Positions 33,201 through 44,523 of a stretch of DNA of 64,000 nucleotides are shown here, one piece after another (positions within the stretch are counted from its first letter, which is position 1; every line of letters starts with the position of its first letter). This stretch comes from Mantamonas sphyraenae STR306 (lineage: Eukaryota; Protista; CRuMs), in assembly GCA_026936335.1 (NCBI GenBank), contig JAPMXV010000040.1, forward strand, positions 136,138 to 200,137, given 5' to 3'. Below the pieces are notes generated by a model. That model worked only from the letters and a program-made list of their open reading frames with translations, had not been told where the DNA came from and did not search any database. The position numbers and the translations under genes were made by a program.

Positions 33201-34977
33201 TGGCGAGGATGATGGCGCCGACAAGCTGAAGGCCGATTGCCAAAAACGGGGATGCCAGGCGGCGCAGGCCAAACTGTTGGACGACAATGCTGGGAGCGAC
33301 GACGTCAGAGTCCATGTTGACGATGTCCTGGAGGAGGATAAATGCGAGGACATAGGCGACAATGGGAGCGAGGAGGGCGTGGACAAAGTGGTCGTCGACG
33401 CGAAGGACGGCGACAAAGGCAAGGAGGACGAGTGGGAGGGTGATGAAGCCCGGCAGCGAGACGCCCCAGATGATGAAAACCACATAGGTGATGTTGAGGG
33501 TCTGTTGGCGAGAGAGGGAGGCAAGGTAGGCGAGGATGGACCAGGCAAACTGGACCTGGCCCTGCTGCTTGGCTGAGTGTGCATAGGGCCTCTTGCTAGG
33601 GCTTGCGTCACTATCGCTGCGGCTTGAGTCACTGTCGTGTGCAGGGTGGTCGTCGTCGGCCACGTCTGCAGTGTGGGAGGAAGCGTCGCTGCCTTTTCGA
33701 TTTCTGCGGCGAGCACGAGGCACAAGGAGAGTGGACTGTCGGGGGGCCGCACTGCGCACAGAGGAGGAGGAAGCGGCATGGGTTGTCTCCATATTTGTTG
33801 CATCGGACGAGGAGGCGCCGTTGTCCTCGTTGAGGCGAAGAGAGGGCACGGTGGGAGGCTGGAAGGAACCGGCAATGGCAAAGTCTGAGCGTGCAGAGAG
33901 AGGACGTGTGCCTGGGTCGTGTTGGGGGTGGGAGGTAGCAAGGAGAGGCTGTGCGAGGTCGTTTGCAGTGCTGGCGGTCGTGAGGAAGCTGTCGTCTGCG
34001 GGAGGGGCTTCTCGTGTGGGTTTGCGAACCCGACCGATGGTTCGAGCGTACACACCGAGGTGGCGCATGCGGCGGTACATGTCGAGACGGGCGCGCTTCT
34101 GGCTCTGCTGGAACTGCACGTTGACGACAAAGAGGGTGAGGACGGAAAAGAAGTTGAGGAGTGCCTCGAGGTTGGAGGTGAGGCGGTCGTTGACAAAAAA
34201 GCGTACGACTCCGATCCACGAAGGGAGGAAGTGGTCGGACTCGTCAAACTGAGAGACGTAGACGAAAATAATATGGGTAGGGCCGAGGAAAAGGTGTGCA
34301 CGAAGCATGTTGCGGCGGATGCGAACAAGGCTGTTGTGTTCGGTGGTCCAGAGCCAGAGGAGGACGGCAAAGACGGTGAGGTAGGCGAGGGAGAGGAGGG
34401 ACGGCAGCGAGGCAGCAGCGACGCCAAGGAGGGAGAGGAGGATGGCAGTCCATGTGTTTGAAGAAACGCGCGGGGTGCTCGTGTCCTCCTTGGGGCCGTT
34501 GTCGGCCTGTGGATTTGTGTGCAGATCGGCGAGGGTTGTGCGCTTGACGGAGTAAACGAGGATGGAGTCCACGGCGCGGAGGGAGTAGCGGCGCAACAGA
34601 TAGTATGAAGCAAAGCTGCAGAGGAGGGCGAGGACGTCTGTGAGGACGTGGCGGACGTTGTTTGCGAGGTGTTTGTAAAAGCCGAGACCCAAGTGCCGGA
34701 TGAGGTCGTGGTTGGCCGGTATGACGCCCTGGACTTCGAGGATGCCTGTGACAATGTGTGCCACGATGGACGAGGAAGAAGAGAGACTCAGGAGGTGTGT
34801 GATGCGAGTGTAGGAGGCGAGACGGGGTGCTTTGCGTTCATGCAGCTGGACAGCGACCATGAGGATGAAGCAGAGCATGTATAGGATGGACGAGACACTG
34901 AGCTTTGTGCCGGCACTCACTAAAATGGTAGCAGGGACGACCACCTGCATAAAGAAAGCAGGTGAGCGGAGCTGCAT
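27274..34977 (-). CDS. PIEZO: Piezo mechanosensitive ion channel (~2,567 aa, intronless)
   Basis: Many TM repeats; PFVYELRSLLDW (PFEW motif), FFEWLKLEDIY, GVVGLYVGVVLSVGRFLR, LEETLYHELLDVYRSP. Confidence 0.96.
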   Translation of the reverse strand: MQLRSPAFFMQVVVPATILVSAGTKLSVSSILYMLCFILMVAVQLHERKAPRLASYTRITHLLSLSSSSSIVAHIVTGILEVQGVIPANHDLIRHLGLGFYKHLANNVRHVLTDVLALLCSFASYYLLRRYSLRAVDSILVYSVKRTTLADLHTNPQADNGPKEDTSTPRVSSNTWTAILLSLLGVAAASLPSLLSLAYLTVFAVLLWLWTTEHNSLVRIRRNMLRAHLFLGPTHIIFVYVSQFDESDHFLPSWIGVVRFFVNDRLTSNLEALLNFFSVLTLFVVNVQFQQSQKRARLDMYRRMRHLGVYARTIGRVRKPTREAPPADDSFLTTASTANDLAQPLLATSHPQHDPGTRPLSARSDFAIAGSFQPPTVPSLRLNEDNGASSSDATNMETTHAASSSSVRSAAPRQSTLLVPRARRRNRKGSDASSHTADVADDDHPAHDSDSSRSDSDASPSKRPYAHSAKQQGQVQFAWSILAYLASLSRQQTLNITYVVFIIWGVSLPGFITLPLVLLAFVAVLRVDDHFVHALLAPIVAYVLAFILLQDIVNMDSDVVAPSIVVQQFGLRRLASPFLAIGLQLVGAIILAIANRYGRHDGFGPHGDHQLPQPADKAAAPQWWKEMTGEGNSQDDDARSNVSIDPTENSAASRVSEVGLFDRFLDSLTSFLGSAKEFLIMLAQWFVGMIVVHAFRATVLGLILCVIQRVTVFNAVFLFICLLFFCFPHFAERTWLGLVVYCQAVVVTIIIWQLVWFKDTEVSEYIGLDHFTTLWAGIFWELLILLLATVQLNTFRSATFQSMRRTYDTLRTTDSSGRHFRFLSADAWDDDVEHTLLQHSAGYVAPAQAAMASVSRRSRRMPKSTDSGNSDDRDAATEKASARDRSRWQAAVWFDKLSKLLAWLSDAFLLYACILLLLLVPMILRANVLSLIHLVMGALLVVFHEANRHLRPILIHVWPVFIFLSSVVVFMRYVFQFPVVSRGIAASLSANGSAFEPGDLGIGLTKGFSLGQIDPVIAGDLAVFVFSVLYWRLLERDQAMRRMRNSTGQLVELVRQWVVTDKDKDTDTWERIAYAIQFVRWLLEINTPRLVLFFLFYSGVTDWRSVSVLSAIVVLMACFSVPLRHLSRTRMVVILSVYQAIMVAKYVYQFEGMHENPGLIDAWIGLVHYPTPWHAFRSDFLVLLFAIVNSTLRRDSTRSRQELARLEETRLFTRVSKLFHRYGFEFVILTVLVASYVRMDLIGLINLSFGGACVAFKRNTIKRIWIGFCFLSLTSLLWQYSVLLLNATGSPIHPPWHHIQSSETVDWLGLHNSTPTELLSDFFVVLMCWGQQVKFAHPKHPDAALQEVYDKHGHLKEHHRSWLRKKIVRYLFPTICWVCFLMGTVTYTYIGAIYACGALMFIQQNRMFFTNPLLVCRYIHVFTYVMLTVKLFYQAPFVGHLGIPRLGLHKLNRSDGSAFTVHGALLDITAFVLITVMRTIVQHPDFQTMLKAVRADRIKSREIAKAQFEMMEDDMREQFEKQAREKALRKKHLEELRIFQGSATATEGDNTLETVMNWEADMARKVQEARTHKEEVEAEIERQRHKSKWQQFAHWIVSQDPWKRLDDYLWRKRRGTMSAHPNKRAGEEDEDVVALSDDDDRDSEEMSIKNTSTRGFPVDSDSGGDDDKESSTSSDNMSEGKGNEAKALLEAAFEEEVVYVDRPDAESVPEEGAGTTKTYGLMDVMQAMGHWLQFNSQLICFVLFIMVHTSDADVLSVMYPVAMLVYGVTRRIRTAGFWDVMLIYTQSCTMLKFFFQFGFVCACRSSDGLWRYTMACGPDVCHVPQATSTWSAELAMPRVIGLFKFEQSFFASTYWDLLLLAALCYHRHMRNKLGIDTLARLMDTHVRRAFERHQNRVRAMEAATAEDAAEDLMPSTRKGMALLDELFPSDASSHPSELWTASDMNENQSTASTARPVAPKLGQLGRSKGAASLNVGSSNSLFGSTEAGSRVPVRDWWAWLGYSGYKPGRDWYVWQFVIEFILFIYLLAFFPLYTDSNANGQGESLTDFVVNNRIPGPLVFAMLSQFGLLIVDRVLYLYRALALKTVVHFCMVITQHVLITFWLPDLARVAFANNIALRTLYVLKAIAMWLSAMQVADGYPRYTYGQFLMRYKQVEEMYAYIVYRSIPFVYELRSLLDWICTKTTMTFFEWLKLEDIYSQLYAIQCDRNYYKRYPRSRGDKVRADMKIGQGVAIFVALVFLVWSPLLLMSTGTPLMSKNLLIRTDVSCLLTGYPPLYQLEMAARITNTTESEVNVWQKQYEMPELGTEEGLENSQLLRMTQGSQYLWDISPTSYDSMMLRMSDPRPFELTTTLSFVRRGPPVSPVIKMSYSHQLNKKQRDSLFRILNETQELGSSDEVMVVPDLLPRFIEVPATGVPRPMSNRRDYTFNVTAYISLNQSSRGLPFWVIRQEPGPAFPGEDLTMVTLSARFPSGVVSQIASLGVVGLYVGVVLSVGRFLRLSLTGLGRDAMFTDLPDVTSLMQLCDDLYAARQDEDLMLEETLYHELLDVYRSPVLLMRLTGTWKDKYD

Positions 34978-35022
34978 TGCGTGTTGAGGTTTTGTTTTGT
35001 TGTGGCTTGGTGAGGGCGGCAA

Positions 35023-36512
35023 TCACCAGGGGTGGCAAACATCCAGGCCCCATTGCTCGTGGGCAGCACGTTCGAGGGATTCACGATCGTCGGGGTGGGC
35101 AATATCGATAAGGGCGCGAGCTCGCTGGGCGATGTTTTTGCCAAAGAGATAGGCAGCACCGTACTCTGTGACGACCCAGTGCGTGTTTGCACGCGAGGTG
35201 ACGACGCCCGCACCCGGCTTGAGGGTGCTGACAATGCGAGGGAGACCCTTGCCCGTGCGGGACGGGAGGGCGATGATGGGCACGCCGCCGCGGCTGAGGG
35301 CAGCGCCGCGTTCAAAGTCAAGCTGGCCTCCAATGCCGCTGTAGATGTGTGTACCGATGCTGTCTGCGCACACTTGCCCACTGAGGTCGATTTCCAGGGC
35401 CGAGTTGATTGCGACGACGTTGTCGTTCTTGCGGATGGTGCTCGGGTTGTTGCTGGTTGTTGAGATGTCATGGAGGGGGGGGGGGGGGGGGGGGGTGCGG
35501 GAGGGTGTGAGTGGGTGGATGAGGGGGTAATCCGCGCTGTACACACGTACACAAAGTGGGACGAATCAAACTGGACGATGGGGTTGTCGTCGATAAAGTC
35601 CATGATGGCGCGGCTGCCCATGACAAAGCTGGTGAGGACGACGCCAGGACGGACGACCTTGCGCGAGTTGTCGACAGCGCCAGTCTTGATGAGGTCGATG
35701 ACATTGTCGGCCATCATTTCTGTGTGGATGCCGAGGTGGCGGTGTTGACTGAGGTTGGAAAGGACGGCGTCGGGGATGGCACCGATGCCCATCTGGAGAC
35801 AGGCACCGTCTGGGATCATGCCTGCGATGACCTTGCCAATCTTGTCCTGCTCTTCGGTGCGCTTGCGAGGCTTGAGGAGAGGCAGGTCCTGGGTGAGCGA
35901 GACAATCGCGTCGATCTGGCTGGCGTGGAGGTTGCCTGCGCCATGGGTACGTGGAATGTTTTCGTTGACCTGGGCCACAACACAATGTGCATTCTGGGCG
36001 GCGACGAGGGAGGTGTCACAGCTGGGACCCAGTGAGTAGAAGCCGTGCTTGTCCGGTGGCGAGACGCTGATGAGAGCAATGTCGACCTTGACGTGGCCGT
36101 CCATAAAGAGCTTGGGCACCTCGCTGAGGAAAATGGGCACAAAGCTGCCATTGCCCTGCTGGAGGCTGTTGCGTGTGTTGCCGCCGACAAAGAGGTTGTT
36201 GATTTTGAAGGAGTTTGCACACTCTGGTTCAGCATACGGGGCAGCACCTTCAGTGTGCAGATGGACGACGTGGACATTGCTGAGCTCTTTGTGGCGCCTG
36301 GCCATGGCAGCAGTGAGGGCAAGAGGCGTGGCGCAGGCCGTGTGCACAAAGACGGTGTCGTGGGACTTGATGCGTCGAACTGCCTCATCGGCGGACAATT
36401 CCATGGGGCGTGCGTCCCAGTCGAAGCGAGAAGCAAACGCACGGCGAGTTTGTGCGTGGAGGGCCGCTGCACATGTGGCTGCGGTTGTGGAGGAGGAAGA
36501 ACGAGAAAACAT
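35023..36512 (-). CDS. Acetyl-CoA hydrolase/transferase (4-hydroxybutyrate CoA-transferase / ASCT family 1B-like), probable mitochondrial presequence; 1 intron
   Basis: VPIFLSEVP, SPPDKHGFYSLG, LQMGIGAIPDAVL, GIHTEM, YSGIGGQLDF, VVTEYG; Arg/Ser/Ala-rich N-terminus. Confidence 0.92.
35475..35495. repeat. G homopolymer (~21 nt) in intron
   Basis: Direct observation. Confidence 0.9.
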
Positions 36513-36634
36513 GGGGTGTGTACACAGCAGGGTGTTTTGCTGGTCGAGGGGGTGGAGGGGGGCGAGTGAGCATGAAGAATGGTGGTGGTGGTGGTGGTGA
36601 TGATGATGGTGATGGTGTGTGCATTGCGTTGTGA

Positions 36635-38126
36635 TTACCACAGCTCGATGTAGTTGTCGACCTGGTCCTTGCGGTTCTGGGAGACGCATTCTGCGATCCA
36701 GACGACGTTGCGGATCTCTTGCTCCTTGAGCTTGACGTAGGCGTAGAAGACACCGTAGTTGAACTGCTGGTTGAAGGCGTTCTTGAGGACCTCGACCTCA
36801 TACTCGTGGAAAAGGTCATCGAGGCGGGTCTTTGCGTCGTCGTGGCCGAGGATGGAGGCGTAGGGCTCGTAGGCCTCGACAGCCTTGGCGACCTCCTCGA
36901 GAGACTCGGCTTTGGCCAGCTTGTCGGTGACGTGGGGATAGAGCTTGCCAAAGGACGGGTAGAGCTTGGCGCGGTCGTCCTTGTTGAGCTCCTTGGCAAT
37001 GAAAGAGTTGACGGTGATGTTGATGGCGCGCTTGTCGGCCTCAAACTCGAGGAGCTCGCTCATGACCTCTGCAGTGGTGCCGCCAAGCTCGTTGACGTAA
37101 GCGTAGAAGTCGTTGAGGTAAGCACAGCGGAGGGTGAGGCGAATGAGTTCGGTGGACACCTCGGTGAGGTCGTCCTCGGTGGTGCCGGACATCTGGAAGT
37201 ACGGGGCTGTGTGGAGGAGGGTTACAAGTGAGGGCGGGAGGGTGTGAGTCTTGGGCAGGGAGCCCCGCAGAGAGCAAGGTGTCGCGGGGAGGAGAAAGCG
37301 TGGGATCGTCGCCGGGCTGGGATTTCCCTCCCACGGAGCGGGGCTGAGGCGAGAGGGGAGTTTTCCGCAGGCAGGAAGGAAGAAGGGCCAGTGTATGGCG
37401 GCTCCGGGGATATGTGTGACAAGGGAGGGGACGTACCGAGGGGCGTGTCTGCAAGGACCTCGTTGTAGAGCTCGGAGGCGGTGGTCGTGGCGGTGAGCGC
37501 ATTCATGCTCTCAAACTTGCCGAGCTCGTGGGTCTTGGAAATCATCTCGCTGCTGTCACGGTTGTGCATGGTGGCCTTGATGAGGAGCATGACGTTGTCG
37601 ATCATGTAGCTGTATGTGATGTAGTCGAGGAACTTTGCGAGAGGGTCGCCAATTTGGGCTTGAAGGAGGCGGAACTCGTCGACGAGTTTCTCCGTGCACT
37701 TGGTCTTGAGGGTGGCAGCAGAGAGAGGCGAGGGCTCGTTGGCGAGAAAGTTGCCATAGTCTGTGTTGGCCAGGTGGAGTTTCATGTCTGTGGGATGGGC
37801 GAGGAAGAGGTGGAGAGGGGGACAAGGGTGTGAGGGAGATTCAGGCGCGTGGACAATGGGCGCTTGGCAGAGAAAAGGGACGGGGACGGGAAGGACGGGC
37901 AGGGGAGGCTGAACAGGAGGACAAGCAAACAGGAAGGGGAGGTGGAGAGTAACGGACCATCGATGGCGTCGCACTGGGTCAGGTTCTGGTAGTCGGCGGT
38001 GGTGAGGAGGCCGCCCTTGAAGCCGCGGACGAGGCCGTCAGCAAAGCCGTCGTCCATGTTGAAGGTGAGGGAATCGCCCACCGTCAACGCGTTGAGGCCC
38101 TTTGTGTAGTAAGCGGAATAGGACAT
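36635..38126 (-). CDS. ATP6V0D: V-type proton ATPase V0 subunit d (2 introns)
   Basis: [69 protein letters not shown]. Confidence 0.96.
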
Positions 38127-38168
38127 GGGATGGATTGAACCGGAGATTTGTTGGGGAGGATGGAGGCG

Positions 38169-39358
38169 TCAGAGAACCTCGATGTCGAGGGAGGCCCGCA
38201 GGCATTCGAGGGATTTGTCGAGCATGGCTTCGGGCACAAGGACATAGTCGTCGTTGGCGGCGGACATATAGTAGATGGGGATGCCATGGGCAGCAAGGAT
38301 ACAGGAAACAGGGGCGACCAGGGGAACGCCGCTGTCGCCCATGCCGCCAAATGTGACGCGGAGGACGCGCCAGAGGGTGTCGTTGACGGTGATACAGTCG
38401 CACACGTGCTCAAAGACGGCCACCTGGTCCTTGCTGCAAATGAGGGTGGCGTCTGTGTTGGAGACGGTGTAGGAGAAGAAGACGTTGGGTTGCTTGTCGA
38501 CAAAGAGCTGGAGGAGGGGGTTTGTGCAGGTGGCGAGGGCGTTGCGTTCAATGAGGACAAGGACCATGTCGCCAGCAATGATTTCGAGGACCATGGATGG
38601 GAGCCCGGCCCAACGTTCGGACTGCAGCGAGTCGCGCTCGACAAGAGGCACAGTGCCGGTCTGAGATTCAAGGCCACGCAGACGATCCTTGAGGACGACC
38701 ATATTTGCCTCGATGGTGTCGTAGGCGGATTCAAAGACGTCTGGGGAGGTGACGACGAGATCGGAGTTGAACACGCTGACATAGAGCAGGGAGAGGTCCT
38801 GAGGGGCAAGGGCGGCCACGAAGCCGGTCATGTCTGTGGGTTGAAGAGTCGGGTGTGGCACGAGGGAGCGTTAGGTGCATCGGAAAGGGGGAGAAAGGGG
38901 TTGAAAGGTTGGTTGTGGGCCCACATACCAATTGCTGCGGCGCCTTCGTGGATGTCAAGGGCACAGAGACCCGAGTCGACGATTCGGACACGGTCTTTGT
39001 CGAACGTGTCTGCAGTGTCGTCGTCCATGAGGACGGAAATTGCGCCCTGGATCTCGTTGTAGCTGAAGAAGAAGGGTGCGTCGAGACGAGTGCCGGAGCA
39101 GCAGGCAACCAGGAGTAGGGCGCGGAGATCGAGGTCGTCACGGGACATTTGGCACATGCGCAGGGTGCAGTCGAGACGAGTGACAAAGAGGTCGTCTGCA
39201 GAAGCAAAGCCTGCGCTGTCGGTGCTTTTGTGGGAGGCGGCGGCGGCGACAACGGAGAGGCCAACAACAGGGGGGGATGTGGACAGGGAGTCATCGACGT
39301 CGGCCGAGTGTGACTCGAGTGTGTCCGTGGAGGGCTCGAGCGGAGGATTGGAGGACAT
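38169..39358 (-). CDS. CASTOR/GATS-like tandem ACT-domain protein (1 intron)
   Basis: FFFSYNEIQGAISVLMD and FFSYTVSNTDATLI repeats; GFVAALA..LSLLYVSVFNSDLVV; GIPIYYMSAANDDYVLVPE. A GTATGT...CAG intron joins ORFs 38828..40024 and 38169..38861. Confidence 0.75.
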
Positions 39359-39407
39359 GGGATGGATGTGTGTCGCGGAGCGCAGGCAGGCAAAAAGCAA
39401 CGTCATC

Positions 39408-42400
39408 ATGAGCAGCCGCGAGGAGAATGGACCACAGTACGAGACTCTGTTGGTGGTGGAGGACAGCAAAGATGGCGGAGACACCCAACAGGGAATCGAG
39501 GTCAACTTTGGGCGAGTGCAAGGCGGGCTGAGATACCACGACGCGACGCCCAAAACGCCTGCGTTCCCAGCGGCCACGTATGTGCCGACGTCGACGTCGT
39601 CTCTGGACGAGCCACACGCACAGTCGAACGCCAAGGTGGACACACACGCAGCGTCGGCATCGCCGCTGTTTTCCACAATGCTGGTGAAGCCTGTGTTTAA
39701 CGACATGTTTGGCACGTTGCTGCCTGCAGCGCCGCCGCCGCCGGAGGACACGCTGAGCGATGAGGAGAAGCGGCGACTTGAAGGACAACGGCTGCAGGCG
39801 GCAGCGGATGCAGAGCGCAAAGCACAGCAGGAACGGGCGGCAGCAGCAGCCGCAGCAGCCGAGGCCAAAGCCAAGTCGCCTCGGCACAGGTCGCGACGTG
39901 GGACAAAGACAAGTCTGGCATCGCCATCAGGCGGTTCAGGGAACAGCGGTGGAAGCACGGGAGGAAGCGTGGGATCGCCGAGTGGTAACCGGACGGCACG
40001 GGGCAGCAAGAGCGGCAAATCCAAGAAGAGCGCGAAGGAACGGGCCGCGGAAGAGGCGAAAGTGGCTCAGGAGGAAGAGGAGGCACGTGCAAAGGCAGAG
40101 GCAGAGGAGCGGGTGCGTGAAGAGGAAGCCAGGAAGCAAGCAGCACTGCTAATTGTGCCAGGTAAGTTGCAGAGGGTGGCGGGAAAGCGCGGCGGTCGTG
40201 TGCAACGGTCGCCCAGTGCAACAAAGAGCGGCTGGCTAACACACAGCGGGGATGGAATGGACCAATTGGGGACGCACACGGACATACAGCACATGTGGCA
40301 GAGACACGTGCGGCGAAGGAGTCAACCAAGGCTCTGGAAAAGATCGTGGCGTGGCTGGAGGGGCAGATTGCGGCGAGCGAGGAAGCGCAGGCGTCGCTGC
40401 AAGAGGCAGTGGACAAGGCTGTTCGGCTGGACCAACAACAGCGAGCGCGCATGAAGTCACGCATCACAGGGTTGCCGCTGGGCAAATCGAACCTGGTGCT
40501 GGACGATGCGTTTGTGGCGAAACACGGCCTGATCCAACTGCCGCAGAACAGGTTTGCAAAGGACAGGCCACAGAGCCCTGCGGGAGAAGTGACGAGTCCG
40601 CCGCCAATCAGTGTGCGTAGCACGGTTGCGGCGCAGGCGAATCTGCGTGCGGCAACAGAGAAGCTGGACAGGCTGGGCATCGACCCAACGGTTCACTTTA
40701 CGCGCAAGCGGCTGGACACGATTTCGAACCGCGAGGCAACATTGCGGATGTCCAAGAAGAAGCCGTGGCTAAAGACGATGACGGACAAGCAGCGGGACGA
40801 AGAGCAGCAGGTGTGGTCGAGGATGCAGGAGAAGAACAAGTTTCTGTTGACGTCGCGGCACAACCAAAGCTTGAACAAGACAACGCGGACGTTGGCCAAA
40901 AAGGCGACGGCGCGTGCAGACATGTCGTTTCTGGCAGAGCCGTCGCACATTGAATTTGTGGATTTTGAACCGGGGTTGACGTACACGGCGACGGTGACGT
41001 TCCGCAACGTGTCTGCAGTGTCACAAAGCCTGCGTGTGTTGCCACCTAGCACAGAGCTGGCGACACTGGAGGCTGTGGAGGGCGGGAAGCAGGGAGCCAA
41101 CGGTGTGGTTGCGCCTGGCTTGACGCGAGCGTTCAGGGTGCACTTTCTGCCGATGGACGGGCAGGACTTTGTGGACGAGCTGCAGGTGGTGACGGAGACA
41201 AACCAGTTCTCGGTGCCAATCCGAGCGAGGCGAACGCCGCCGCAGTTGACTCTCCCTGCGGTGATGGACGCAGGGTCTGTGTTGCCGTTTGGAGTGCGGC
41301 AAACCCAGTTTGCGTGCAGCAACACAGGCGGGCCGGGCTGGTTTGCATTTGCGCCTGCCTTGCAAGTCCCAGAAGACATCACGTCGCTGTTTGGAGGCGT
41401 GAAGGGAGAGGAGTACCTTCGCCTGACGCCGTTCTACCTTCATCCGCGGATGTTCCATCTGGAGACGGGCCAGACGCAGACGGTGACGGTTGCGTTCAAC
41501 CCGGACGCGCAGCAAGAAAGTGTGTCGTCGTTTGACGTGGCGCTTGTGTGCGACAACGGTCACGTGGCGACACACACGCTGGTGGGAAACGTGTGCCAGC
41601 CGCGGGTGCGGATCACACAGCTGGACCGCAACGCAAGCGTCGACATGGACAACCAGCCGCAAGGGATGCGGTTTGAAGAGATGACGGTGAAGGCGACCAA
41701 CAGCAAGACCGTGTCTGTGCGGTCGGACTCTGCCATTCCGCTGTTTGTGCATTGGGAGCTGGGGCAGGAGATCGAGAAGGAATTTGTGATCGAACCGCAG
41801 CGTATCTCGCTGCAGCCGTTTTCGACGGTGCAGTTTGAGGTGACGTTTACGCCGCAGCAAGCACGGGAGTCGATTGTGTGCGAGGCAACACTTGTGTTGG
41901 AAGATGTGCCGACGAAGCACAACATGATGCATCTGGGAGGAAGCAGCGGTGCGGGCGGGATGGCAACGTCAGAGTATGCGCTGTTGTCGCTGGATCTTCT
42001 TGGCAGTGCGCGTGCGTTGGAGGTGGAGTTGGATCCGCCTGCGCTGCTGTACGCAGGGCAGGTTCTAGTGGGCGAACGACACACGCGGACGATTCGGATT
42101 CACAATCGGGGAGACACGAGGCTGGAGTATGTGTTTCCTCGTCTGCAGGACGACCACTGTTTGCTGAATGTGACACCGAGCGCGGGCACGCTTGCGCCCG
42201 GAGGGAGCGCGTCAGGCAAGCTGCTGATGGTTGCGTACGCGGCAGGCATGCTGCAGAGTGCGCTTGTGTGCAAACTAAGTGTGGATGGGGTGGAGGAGGA
42301 ACGTGTGGTGGCAGTGCGTGCAAACGTGCGGGGTGGGCGTGTTGTGTTTGATGTGCCGTGCATCGACCTGGGCCTTGTGCAAGCGGGCGAGCCCGTTCAG

Positions 42401-44492
42401 GTGGAGGTGCCCTTGCGTAACACCAGTGGCGTGACCGTGCAATGGCAGCTTGCGGACGCCGCGCGAGCGGCGGCGGCGGCGGGGACGGCGGTGCAAGCAG
42501 GGCGGCCTGCGTCACGACGACGTTGGCGAAGCCAGAGACCCGACAGTGAGACTCAATTGGACAACGTGGAATTTGATCCGGCGATGGGTGTGATGGAGGC
42601 GTACGGACAGGAGACGGTGGAGCTGACATTCCGAAGCAACAAGGTGGGGCGTGTACGCGAGGTGCTTGCATGCGTGGTTGGCAACGGGGGCGAAACGGAG
42701 TACATCGAATTGCGTGCGACGGTGGCACACCCGCGTGTGGCGCTGTCGCAGAGCTTTGTGGAGCTCGGGCAAACGTTCCACGGAGTCACGACGTTGGCCA
42801 AGTTTCGCATGCGCAACATGACGAAGCTGCCTGCGACGTTCCAGTGGGGTGATGAGACGGACAGGGACGACGTACAGGCCACGTTTGTGCCATTCCAGGG
42901 CACGCTGCAGCCGTTGCAGGAGATCAACGTGACCGCACGTGTGCGTCCTCTGCGTGTGGGCACGCTGAAGCCGCTTTTCGTGTGCCATGTGCAAGGGATG
43001 CAAATGCCACTGGGGTTGGCAATGAGCACAGAGGCTGGAGGGCTGGACGTGCGATTTGACACGATGGCGTTGGACTTTGGAGCGGATGTGCCAATCTTTG
43101 AGACGCACACACGTGTGCTGAGAGTGACGAACCACAGTGCGATCGCAACGAAGCTCGAGTTTGACGCAGAGACGTTTGGCGAGGAGAGCGGAGGCAAACG
43201 CGTCGAGGCGGAACAAGGAGGTGGGGAGGCACTGACGCCGCGCAGCGGAGCGACGGGATTCACGTTTGCATCTGCCACGACGACGAGCTCGTCTAGCAGT
43301 GGGACAAGCAGCGCCTCGGGGAACAGCATGTCGATTGCGTCGCAGCGGCAAGAAAAGACGCGTATCAAGAAGCTTGTGGCAAAGGGCAAGGGGTTGGTGG
43401 TTCGAGTGGAACCAAAGACGCTGTCGCTGGGCAAGGGGGAATCGGCCGAGGTGGAGGTGAGTGTGCTGGCAGACATGTACGGCCAATACCGTGAACGCAT
43501 TGTGTGCCATGTGGAAGGCCAGGATGAGCCGAGCGTGGTGGAGATGCAGGTGGGGGTTGTGGGGTCGCCGTTGACGTTTGTGCACGGGACGACGGGTCTT
43601 TCGGTGACGCAAGCGGTGCCGTTGCTGCAATGGGGCACGATTGTGCACACGGACGACCTTTGCAAGCCGCTGAAGGTGGAGAACCACAGCGGATTCGATC
43701 TGAACGTGTCGCTTGCGGCGTTCAACATGCCGTACGGACGACCTACGCTTGTGGACCTGCACATGGACGTGGATGAAGATGGACACGTGGGAGTGCGTGT
43801 GGAAGAGCACGTGGAAACGGCAGACGACCATCCATACTGGATCGAGCCAACAAGCAAGGTTGTGCGCGCACGAGATGCAGCGACATTTGACGTGCATTTC
43901 GCAGGCGATGGAGACCAGTTCCACAGGGCGTACGTGAAGGCATTTACGTCTCTGGTGCGCAAGCATCCGTGTGCGGTGGTGCAGGGTCACAATGCAAAGC
44001 CCGAGCTGCGCCTGGACATGGTGGCACGTACGGTGGTGCCTCGGGTGAGCTTTGGCCGCAGTGCAGCACGGTTCGAGGTGGCGACGAGCGACGTGGCACG
44101 TGGAGCGGAAAAGACGGTGACTCTGACGAGCCAGGTGGACGCACAGCTTGGGTTTAGGCTGCGTGTGCCAGATGACTTTGAGTCGGACGTGGACGAGATG
44201 CGGCTGTACTCTCTGCGTCCTCACCAGAGTATGGATGTGGTACTGAGGTATGTGCCGCCACAGGCACGCTGGGAGCACGACCACAAGAGTGTGAGCCACC
44301 TGGGGGTGGAGTACACAAGTGGACACACACAGCACCTGAATGTGATTGTGAATGTGGTGCACCCTCACGTGGAGTTTGACAGGGAGAGGGTGAGCTTTGG
44401 GACGGTGCACGTGGACGCAACGAATGTGAAACGACACGTGGAGCTGACCAACAAGACGACCGCACCTGCGAATTGGCGCATCGAACGGGTGT

Positions 44493-44523
<31 letters not shown>

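Noticed and set aside
36578-36620. Poly-His N-terminal extension of ORF 34920..36689
   Set aside because: A (CAC/CAT)n microsatellite upstream of the likely start at 36512; the extended frame overlaps the V-ATPase d stop.
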